DNA of 64,000 nt from Dudresnaya verticillata (Eukaryota), in assembly GCA_977862235.1 (NCBI GenBank), contig OZ374561.1, forward strand, positions 1,674,001-1,738,000. The letters run 5' to 3'. The notes beneath the pieces were generated by a model that searched no databases, was not told the origin of the DNA, and saw only the letters and a list, made by a program, of their open reading frames with translations. Below are positions 54,843 through 64,000 of this stretch, piece after piece. Within the stretch, counting starts at the first letter, position 1. Each line of letters starts with the position of its first letter. A program made the position numbers and the translations under genes.

Positions 54843-57800
54843 TATGGTCCTATCTACCAGGAGGGGAGTGAGCTTTCTCTCTGTGCAGAATCCGCGTGGC
54901 TCTCTCCTCAAGTGCATATCGGTCGAATACTTTTCGGCATGATAGATCCGTAACTTGGTCAAGTCATCTCCGGTGTACCGCATGTGGGGAGTTGCGATTT
55001 TCTTCGGCACATCAAAGGTCTCAAAGCATTCACCGAAGTGCAATCACACCGAAGGTTATTGCAGCTCATGTAATGTACCGTCACAACCGTACTTTGGATT
55101 TCCTCCTTGACAATTTCCGTGCCTTTCACGGACATGTGACCCCAGAGTTTCAAGAGCTCAGGTGATCCTCACTCAGGAAGCGGCCTTCGTGATGTGACCG
55201 CACTTTCACGGCCTCTACGCGGTCCTTCCGGAAACGAAAAGTAGCGACTTGTGCTATGTTCTGGCCAAGAGTTGGTCATGCAGTACATTTAGGGATCAAT
55301 CGGGCTGCTTTCTCAGATGTAGGAGCGTCAGCGCCACTCAAACGACAGGTTTTGGCGCGCTTGGATATAGCATATCAACTTGCAGGCGGAGATTCGATCC
55401 TGTACTGCTCCTAACGCACGAACAGATACGTCTGCACAATGTGCGTCGCCGTCCGATCCAGTACTACTGGAGTTTGCTGCGCTCATATCACATCAGGCTC
55501 GATATTCGTCCTAGCCCTTCAAGCGGTAGCCTGTCTTGGAGATCAAGGCCTCATACGCATTGAAAACCAAGTTTGAAATCCGGAGAAGAACACTCGTACC
55601 TTGGGCAGCGTATTCGGTGTCTGTTGGAATACCTTGGGATACTGGTATCATTGTGATACAGCTCAAGAGCATGACTTAATGAAGGCGACTCTTTCCAAAG
55701 TGGTGTGCATAAGGTGATGTACCTGTAGATGTAGACGCCAGGTTGTGACAAGCCCAATACTGGGCTTTTGCGACGGTATCTGCGCACACAAAAGGGGTGT
55801 GGAGGGGTGGGCGTTGCGATTGGATATATGGTCGGTTGGCATGTTTGCCGCGCTCTTGCCGTGTGATTCCAGCATGTGCTTCCAAGCTGCATTAGCGCCC
55901 CGTTTTGGCACGGAGGACAAGACTTCTCACCTTGCGAGACACTGGGTCGGATTTGGGAAGAAACGCCATCCTTTGGAGCAAAAATTACATCTTCTTGGCC
56001 GAGGGAATCACCAGGCGCAGGGCTTGGGCGCACAGAAATCATCATGGCCGCGCCGGTCGGGAATAGCGTCCTTCGGGGCACGTGTATAGGCGTGTGTGGA
56101 TGATCGCAGAAGTGCAAGAAGAACTGCCATGTAGTTTTGCAAGACGTCTCCGCGAGCGGTGGAAGCACGTAAGAAAGCGGCCGATGGGCGCAGCTCGAAG
56201 ATTGTTGCTGTTGCGACTTTGTGGTAGACGATATCGGCGCAACTGAAACGGCTCAATGCGGACCTTGCGCTGGCTGGCGGAGGCGGAATTGCGCGGCAGG
56301 AGTGGTATCTACACTATCACAGAAACTGTGGCGTGCACGCAAAACGGTTTCCCGCAAATGCGGTGAATGAATCACGGGTTGCGTGTGCGTGCATGCTAGC
56401 GGATTGAGCAAGGGCAAATACCCTTCGGGAGCTCTACTGTATGATTAGAAATTGCGGGAATCGAAAGATGCATCAGCATCAGCATGGCCAATAGCGGGTG
56501 CCCATCTTCCACTAGTGCTGAGACGCGGGATACTATGACTGGAGACTGCATTTTGAGGTTTGTATTACTTTCCAGGGACCTATCTTCGGCGAAGATGGAT
56601 ACGGTATGTGATATGGTAAGCACGATGTGAAGTGGGATTTATATGGTTGTGTCTGGCTCGCAAGGATTTGGTTGCGGCCGTTTCATGACTGGAGTTGTAA
56701 GGCTTTCCAGGCGATTTTGAGCTTTATGGTTGCAATCTCGCGACTAGTTTGGTGAGATGAATTGAATAGAGGAGAGTGTTGACAGTTCAAGTTATCAGTG
56801 AGCATGCTTTCGAGCGGGAAGAAAATGATGCGTGCACGGTGAGCGAAAGGCATATGTTCTCCGAGTAGCTGGTTGTTGCAAGAAGAAGGTTCGGACTGAA
56901 CATGTAGGGTGATATCACTGAATGGTGAGAAGACTGGCGAGTGGATTGAGCGAGCGGTGACCATGTGCTGAATAGGTCAATTGCTGAAACGGTTTGAGGA
57001 ATATGGGGCTATAACTTACACGAGCAGTGTTAAAGAAGATTGGTCGCATTTGTCAAGCGCTACAAGGGCGGGCGGGCACACAAACAGAGATGAAGTGGTA
57101 CGAGACCGCGTACCCTCTTACGAGAATGCAAGAAAGACAACTGTACAGTGTGTTGACAGTCGTGATGTGAATTACACGCAGTGGACGAAACAGAATGTGC
57201 GAAAGCAGCATCGATGGTAAGGCACGGGCAGCTCGAGACGCGGTATTACGAAAGTTACGGTGACAGGAAGCGAGCGATTGTGAAAACGTGGGCAAATGGG
57301 GCGAAAAGCTTTTTCCGTTGGGCGATCAGCGGCGGCAACCGACTGGCTTGCGTGAGCACGCACACAAACACGCACACTCATGCGCGCGCGCACTGTTGCA
57401 GCTCTTCGGCAGCGTATGGTAAGATATCATACTGTACTTTGTCGCGGAGCGAGGAACAAGACGGGTGGTTGGTCGTTACAAACAACGGGTTATGGACTTG
57501 TGTGAGAGAGTGTGACTGTGACGAGACGTGTTCGAAGCACATGAATGCGCGCTGACAACACCGAAGGCCTCTATTCGCGACGTGAATCATCACAGGGAGG
57601 CGCGTGATGATTATGATTGGGCGGGGGTGAAGCGTGGACTGTGTGGGCTTGGCTGTGACGTGATGCAACGGCAGGCCTGCAGGCTTGCGTGCGTGAGCGA
57701 GCAAGCGAGAGGAGGTGTTCAGTTGCGAGCGGAGTTGTTGTGCACGCGCCTGCGCGTGCAACGCAGCGTTATCAAACGCGTACAGCGACTGAGTCATGAG

Positions 57801-58011
57801 CGAGTTCCAGCTGCGGGTCATGCCATTGGGCACGGACGTGGGCGGGCAGGCCGGCGCGGCGAGGGCGCGGGCAGCGAGACGAACGCCAACACCGGCCGCA
57901 GCGAGGCCGCGACGTTTGGTGGCAAACCGGCGCGAGGAGCGGAGCGGCAGCGGTGCAATGCGGCGCTCACCATGTCACTGGCTGCGCAGACGCATCAGAG
58001 AGGTCCGCTGA

Positions 58012-58012
<1 letters not shown>

Positions 58013-58042
<30 letters not shown>
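58013..58042. repeat. (GCT)n microsatellite
   Basis: About 10 GCT units. Confidence 0.85.
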
Positions 58043-58043
<1 letters not shown>

Positions 58044-59837
58044 GTCTGCGACGCGCGTCCGCGGCGCTGGTTGGACGCGCGAGATACGCATGCGCGTGCG
58101 GTCGGTACGCAGTTCCGCAGCGTCGACGCACATACGGCTGTTGCGCCGTACATATCATATCGGCAACTCGGTGCTGCGCGCATATCTCACGCCAGCCGGC
58201 GCGGCTGCGCTTCCCGCGCACTTGCGCGCGTTTGCAAACTACGGCGGCGCGCTCAACAGCGCGCGGCTGGGCCCTTGCCTGTCACAGCGTCGCGTGTCTG
58301 CGTTGGCAGCCGTGCTTGGCAGGGCCGCACCTGCGTGCGCGCGGCGGCGTGAAACGGGCGAGGCTTGTCGGCAGCTCGCAGCGAGACGCACGGTGGGCGT
58401 CTCTCAGTGTGCGACATGTTGCGGCGACGTGCACAAAGTTTGTGTGCGGAGCGGCGGGCGGGCACATGCGCCATGTCTTCCGCGCTCCATAATGTTTTCC
58501 GGCGCTGGCGCGTCGGCGCTGTGCGTTGCTGCCACAGCCAGCGCGCCAATTCGCGCAGTGTGAATGGCGGTTGCCCCGCGAAAAGGGACGGCAGGCAGGG
58601 CGCAAATGCGCGCGGTGTTGGACAACGTCAACTGTGCGGCGCGCCGGGCGGCTATTTCAATGATGATACGCGCGCAGCAGCGCCATCAAGCCGCTTTTCT
58701 ACACCGGCCGCGGCGGCCCGCCTTGCGGCCCGGGCCCTGCCCTCTGGCGATAACTCGCAACAGGTACACATATTGTTATCGACAAGCTCCCACCAGCGCT
58801 TGTTACTACCACACTCAAAGTGTGCACAGCTGCGCAGCGCTCGTGCATGCCTAGCTTGTTTCCTACCATCGCATCCCGCCTCTGTTCGGCGCTCGCGTGC
58901 GCGCCGAAAGAGAGTGTGCGGCAACGCGAGCGATGCGTGCGTGCACGTGCACCGATGCTCGCGACGCGCTTTGCATTTGCGCCGATCACTCGTGCGACCG
59001 CGTTTCTGCAAACCTCTAGCACCGCAGCCCGCCTTGTTCGTGGCGCGGACGCCTCGCGTGCTGCCAACGGGAGCCGTTGGGGTCGCGGCGACTGCGCGCG
59101 CGCGCTGCTGAGATCAGCCTCGCGGGGCATGTACCGTCCGAACAACACAACAGTACAGTACAGCCGCCGCGGCTGCGGAGTGCATGCGGGCGGTCGTGCA
59201 GCTGACCCCGTAGAGGGGCAACGGGTCGGGTCGCGTCGGGTCGCCCGGCGCAGGCGCGTGGTCTTGCGTCTCTGAGGCCGCCGCGGGAGAGCCGTGCGCT
59301 GTGCTGCGCGGCGCGCGAGCGCGCACGGCTGTTACACGTCGCGGCGCGACATAAACATATCCGCGGCGCGGGTGCACTGAAATCCCACTGTACGGCCGTG
59401 TGTGCTGACACGGCGCAGCGCGCGCCCATTCGCGCGTGTTGCAGCGCGCGCGCAAATATCTCCGCGCGAGATCGCGCGCGCGCGGCCACCCGCTGCCATC
59501 TCGCGCGCCAGATTGCGCGCCCCGTGCCGCGCGGCCCAATCGCGCCGCGTCGCGTCGGGAGATTGCCGCACGCGCCGCGCCGCTGATATTTCCGCGCGTG
59601 CCCGTGCCCCCCGCCGCGCGGGGCCCTCGCGTGCCCCCGCCGCAACGCCCCGCCCTGTCCCCGCCCGTGTGCTCACTTCGCTCGCGTCTACAAAAACGGC
59701 CCCGCCGCCGCCGCGCCCCGCTCCCCTTCCCCCCGCCTTCCCGAGCTTTGCGAGCTGAACACCCCACGCGCCACCCACCCCTCCCCCTCTCCCTTCCCAA
59801 CCCCCCCTCCATTTCCACCTTCCCCCCCACGCAACAA

Positions 59838-61118
59838 ATGGCCATGCGCAGCATCGGCTCCATCTCGTCGGAGCTCTGCGAGATGCAGGCCCTCCGCGAC
59901 TCCAACGCAACCCTCTCCGCAAAAGACCTGGAGTGGCAGCGCCGCATTCTGCGCCCCGCCGTCGCCGCGCACGCCGCGTCCCCTTCGCGCCGCGCCTTCA
60001 CCACGGCCCACCCGCAACCACCTCCGCTACCGCCACCCGCGTCCGCGCCCGTCGCTGCTGCAGACCCGCCGCCCTACCATGTCGCGTCGTACTTTGCTGC
60101 GCGCGCCGCCGCGGCCGCCGTCGCCGCCCGCGCCGCCAATGTCGCCGCGTCCGCCCCATTTGCCGCCGCCCCGCCACCGCCGCCGCCACCGCCGCCTGAC
60201 GTCGTCGCCTTCGCCCACCCGCGCCCGCCCGTCAAGCCGGAGCCGGTCCCGTCGTCCCCGCCGCCGGCCGCCACGGGCTCTCCGTCCCCGTCCGCCTCCA
60301 CGCACGCTGCAAGCCCGGAGCCGGGTGACTCGCCGACTGCGCTGGCCCTGCGCAGCCGACGGCGACCACTGCCGCCGGTCCTGCATCGCGGCATCGGAAA
60401 GATCCGACGCCACCGTATGACCAAGGAGGAGGAGGCCCGCTTCGCCCCCGAGGACCTCGTCGATCTGCGTGGCAGTACCGCTGCCAAGTCGCGCAAGATG
60501 ACCGACGAGGAGCGCGACATCATGCTCCACAAGCGCAGGCTCCGCAACCGCCAGAGCGCCGCGCGCTCTCGCGACAAGCAGCGTAAGACCATTGGTGACG
60601 TCGGCGATGAGGTTGACGAGCTCGTCGCCAAATCGGACGACATTTTGCGCAGGTGTCTCGCGGCGGAGAAGGAACTCGTTGCCCTTCGAGAGGCAAACCA
60701 GGCTCTCAAGGTCGAGAATGACTCGCTGAAGCAGCTTGGGCTTGTGCAGCAGGCCCCGTCGTACCCGTCGGCAAGCCTGCCGTCGCAGCAAGGCCCGCTT
60801 GGCATGCGCAGGAGCGGCTCCACGCTTAGGTTCTCCATGTCAAGCGATATGCTGGACAAGATCATTGGCGGCAACGCTGCGGACGGCCTGCTCGGGACAG
60901 GGAACAGCTCGGGTATGCTCAGGATCCCTAGCAAGCTGCACGTGTCGCTCAGCACGGATAAGCTTTCGGATGGGGTCATGCCAACCATTAGCGGGTCGCT
61001 GCCCTTGTCGAGAAATGTCAGCGTTATTGAGAGGTTACTGGACTATGCAAATAACACCGACAATGCCGCTTCTAACAGCCCTATCGTTGTCAATAACTCT
61101 ACTACCACTACCACATAA
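59838..61118 (+). CDS. bZIP transcription factor
   Basis: KRRLRNRQSAARSRDKQRK basic region followed by a heptad zipper. Pro/Ala-rich N-terminus. Confidence 0.9.
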   Translation: MAMRSIGSISSELCEMQALRDSNATLSAKDLEWQRRILRPAVAAHAASPSRRAFTTAHPQPPPLPPPASAPVAAADPPPYHVASYFAARAAAAAVAARAANVAASAPFAAAPPPPPPPPPDVVAFAHPRPPVKPEPVPSSPPPAATGSPSPSASTHAASPEPGDSPTALALRSRRRPLPPVLHRGIGKIRRHRMTKEEEARFAPEDLVDLRGSTAAKSRKMTDEERDIMLHKRRLRNRQSAARSRDKQRKTIGDVGDEVDELVAKSDDILRRCLAAEKELVALREANQALKVENDSLKQLGLVQQAPSYPSASLPSQQGPLGMRRSGSTLRFSMSSDMLDKIIGGNAADGLLGTGNSSGMLRIPSKLHVSLSTDKLSDGVMPTISGSLPLSRNVSVIERLLDYANNTDNAASNSPIVVNNSTTTTT

Positions 61119-61787
61119 CTAGGACTACTAACCGACTGTATCGGGGAGGGCATAGCCATTGTAAAACACTGCTGACCGCACCAGCGGCTGCGCATCTTGA
61201 GCATCGTAATGGCGATAAAACATGTCTAGACGCGGCCATCTACCAAACAGTTGCACCGTCGAAGCAAACTGGTGAGACGTTTCCCCTTGGGCTCGTGAAT
61301 TTACAAGCATCACCTTCCTAACCTTGTGAGCAAGCCATAGAATACAAACCTGTTACCTCCATGCGCCCCGTCTTTTGAGCACGGGTCTGCAGCTTTCCCA
61401 CCACAATTGTCTCGAAATGATTGAGGTCATTAGCGGCTCACCCAACAGCAGAAGTAAGAGACACGGCATATTGCATCCATCGCTTCCCTGTCACATACGT
61501 TTCCTATGGAGCTGACTCCCGTATACTGTAAGGTGATACTGCACAAGCCTGAGGAGGCACCCCACGGGTCTCGAGGAAGTGCAACCATCCCCGCTGTTCT
61601 CACTGCCCACGGAAATAGTGTGATACCTTTGAGGCAAGAAACACCCCTCGACAATGACGAAGCTAGGTATCAAGGCATACCTAATTTGACCCACAACCCA
61701 GTCCGCATGGAGATACGAAACCTGCGCTATGCTCTTGAGCTTTTCAGAATATGATTCCTTCATTCTGTAACCACTCAGATACTCTTG

Positions 61788-64000
61788 TCACCCCTTCTGT
61801 CGCAACATTTTGCATAACGTGCTGAATGCCGGGACGAGCGTAGCGACTGCTGTGTCGGGTGTGAACAGCGCAGAAATATACGCGTTGACATCGCCCTTTG
61901 GCAACGAACCAAGCGGCCCGTTCTGTAGTGCTTCCCCGAAGGCTTGACCAAGATTCGAAGAGCAGGTTCGCTGTAGCGTCACTATTTCCGTCACTACGGA
62001 TACGGCTTCGCCACCATCGTAGTCTCCCTTGCGAAACAAGCACCCTCTCAACCCACTCATAACTGATGCATTCGAGATCTCTTTCAACGCAAAGACTGTA
62101 AAGCCTTCTGGCCCCTTACCCTTACCCTTATCTGAATTGACTCCAGCCCATTCTTTCACCAGTTGTCCCAACATGTGAAGCGACATTTTCATTACCGACG
62201 CAGAAACTCTCAAGTCCAGGGATTCACCAACAGCACTGGATAGGAGTGAAGACATTACACCTTGAACGAGTGCTTGATGATTGGGATGAATGAGCACCCC
62301 CACTAGTTCTGTTCCAATAACTGCATGCATGAAGTATGTATATGCCCGCTGCATTTCAACTGCCTCACGACTCTCTTCCGACATAGCCATCAATGTAGTG
62401 GAATCCAGCGAATACGGATGCTGGTGGGCTTTTTGCACGATCGGAGCATACATTCGCATGACCAAGCTTCTGCAGTCGTTTCCAAACTTTGTAATAGCTT
62501 GTGACACCAGGATAATCACATCTCGAACATCAACAGCTGTCGTTGAAGAGTCCAACAACCCGGGGACGCTTTGCTCCAGATACGAAAGAACCCTCATTCC
62601 GATAGTATCCACCATTCGATGCAGAAAGAAGATCAGTTTTGATTTCAGGTTGGCCGTCGATGTGTCATTCTGAAGCCCAAGATACGGTGCAGCTCCCTTC
62701 AGCACTGCTTCTAAACAAGCGATCCAAACACTCTGCATATCGGGACTAAGGGGAGTTATCCTCTGCACCTTAACCTCTTTTGCTAGAGCGTCAGGGCTCC
62801 CATGCCTGCTCCCCCGCGCAACCATTCCGTGCTCTGATCGAGGCTCATTCAAGAGCAGAAGTGGTTTGGAATCGACCCCAAACCCTTTGGATAAATACCC
62901 AGCAGCCATTATAAAAGGAAGGACAGTTTCTGCATTATTTCCTTGTAAACCGTCAACTAGAGACTGTAAGGCTGCAGAGAGATACTGCATAGAGCCTTCC
63001 TTCTTGTGATCTGTACCAAGAAGGTATCCTACTATCTCAAACATCATCATTTGGTTCTTCGAGCCCTGGCTTCCCACGTCTTGCTTCAGCGGAAACATGT
63101 GAACACGCATTGCATTGATAATAGCGTCCAAATGATTTCCCGCGATGATGCTGCGAAGAGGTCGAATGAGCTTGAGAAAAAAGTAGGCCGCATGCGATTG
63201 TACAGTCTCCGAAGATTGATGGCCTAGACCTCTCGTGTCAAGAAATACAGGAAGTACTGAGGCCAATAGGCCTGGATGGGCCCTTGTCAAGAACATACGG
63301 TATGATCTTGCGACCATGTCAAAGTACGTCGTTGAAACAGCTTCTAGTTGATGCTTCTGAGCAATCTGTGCCTTATCAAGTACCGAGTTTGCCACGTCTG
63401 TTGAAAACTTCATACATGCTGGAGGGTTCGCAATGGCGAAGGACCGCACTGCTAGCAACTCTGGAGTTTCGGGACTTGTCACGGTTAAAGAAATCAGGAC
63501 AGCCAGAGCAAGCTCGGTGCGCGCACAATCAGCAGATGCCACAGCCTTAGAGAAGAGACTGTTGACAAACTCGACACACATCATTGGAAACGCCCTTGCG
63601 ACACTGCCAAATATATTCTTCAACAATATCTTCCTCACTTCAAAGAAAGACCTCTGTTCCTCCGAGGCATCGTCATCAGGGTCAAAATCCTTAGGAAAAA
63701 GCGAGCGTTCCTCAACTACCTTCAAAATAGCCCTCACGGCCTCAATGCCTTCATCAGATGTTCCGTCCTTGCCGTTCTTTGTTGCACGGGAAAATACACT
63801 CACATAGGTTGTCACACATTGCAGTGTCTGGGAAGAAGTCCCTTCATCAACATTTTCGTCAAGGAAAAGCAGGGCAACCGGAAGGGCAACCTGCGCCACA
63901 CTACGAGCTAACGCAGCCACTTGTTCAACATTATTCATTGTGCAAGATTGTTTCATCGTCTCCTTAAGAACTTCAAGCGCTACTACAGCAGTGGTATTTA
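61788..64000 (-). CDS. XPOT: Exportin-T (tRNA exportin, XPOT/Los1/PAUSED), 5'-truncated by the window edge
   Basis: HEAT-like helical protein with FLDTRGL..S..V.S.AAYFF.K and FLHRMVDTIG motifs. The frame is open to the window end. Confidence 0.8.
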   Translation of the reverse strand, partial: NTTAVVALEVLKETMKQSCTMNNVEQVAALARSVAQVALPVALLFLDENVDEGTSSQTLQCVTTYVSVFSRATKNGKDGTSDEGIEAVRAILKVVEERSLFPKDFDPDDDASEEQRSFFEVRKILLKNIFGSVARAFPMMCVEFVNSLFSKAVASADCARTELALAVLISLTVTSPETPELLAVRSFAIANPPACMKFSTDVANSVLDKAQIAQKHQLEAVSTTYFDMVARSYRMFLTRAHPGLLASVLPVFLDTRGLGHQSSETVQSHAAYFFLKLIRPLRSIIAGNHLDAIINAMRVHMFPLKQDVGSQGSKNQMMMFEIVGYLLGTDHKKEGSMQYLSAALQSLVDGLQGNNAETVLPFIMAAGYLSKGFGVDSKPLLLLNEPRSEHGMVARGSRHGSPDALAKEVKVQRITPLSPDMQSVWIACLEAVLKGAAPYLGLQNDTSTANLKSKLIFFLHRMVDTIGMRVLSYLEQSVPGLLDSSTTAVDVRDVIILVSQAITKFGNDCRSLVMRMYAPIVQKAHQHPYSLDSTTLMAMSEESREAVEMQRAYTYFMHAVIGTELVGVLIHPNHQALVQGVMSSLLSSAVGESLDLRVSASVMKMSLHMLGQLVKEWAGVNSDKGKGKGPEGFTVFALKEISNASVMSGLRGCLFRKGDYDGGEAVSVVTEIVTLQRTCSSNLGQAFGEALQNGPLGSLPKGDVNAYISALFTPDTAVATLVPAFSTLCKMLRQKG

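Noticed and set aside
57528..59830. ORFs of 150-300 aa upstream of the bZIP, including a poly-Leu 'signal peptide'
   Set aside because: The poly-Leu comes from a (GCT)n microsatellite and the rest is GC-rich artefact.
61126..61155. TACTAAC branch-like motif just after the bZIP stop
   Set aside because: No convincing donor, and the ORF ends normally without splicing.

Overview
Eukaryotic nuclear DNA, most likely from a florideophyte red seaweed (Gracilariales/Chondrus-like). This rests on a RedCAP gene, near-intronless compact genes, and short GT-AG introns, two with CTAAC branch points. About 24 protein-coding genes can be supported: a partial unknown ORF, a ZIP transporter, a PH-CaMK-like pseudokinase, a Sel1-repeat protein, a membrane subtilase-like pseudoprotease, QCR8, mitochondrial L7/L12, a coiled-coil/WD40 Mda1/Mdv1-like protein, a WNK kinase with nine ankyrin repeats, ERD2, DUS, TFIIS, a YacP/NYN protein, GT8, TFB2, GLDH, a GCFC/PAXBP1-like protein, RedCAP, plastid PPase, PSMD9, an Sfp-type PPTase, DUF819, UBR7, a bZIP factor and a partial exportin-T. 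The most unusual part is 9-19 kb, a signalling or defence-like neighbourhood. It holds two apparently catalytically dead enzymes, a long Sel1-repeat solenoid, an inverted decayed copy of the subtilase interrupted by a MITE-like element, and two strong hairpins. No tRNA, rRNA, CRISPR array or autonomous transposon was recognised. All protein identifications come from motif recognition by eye, not from database searches.
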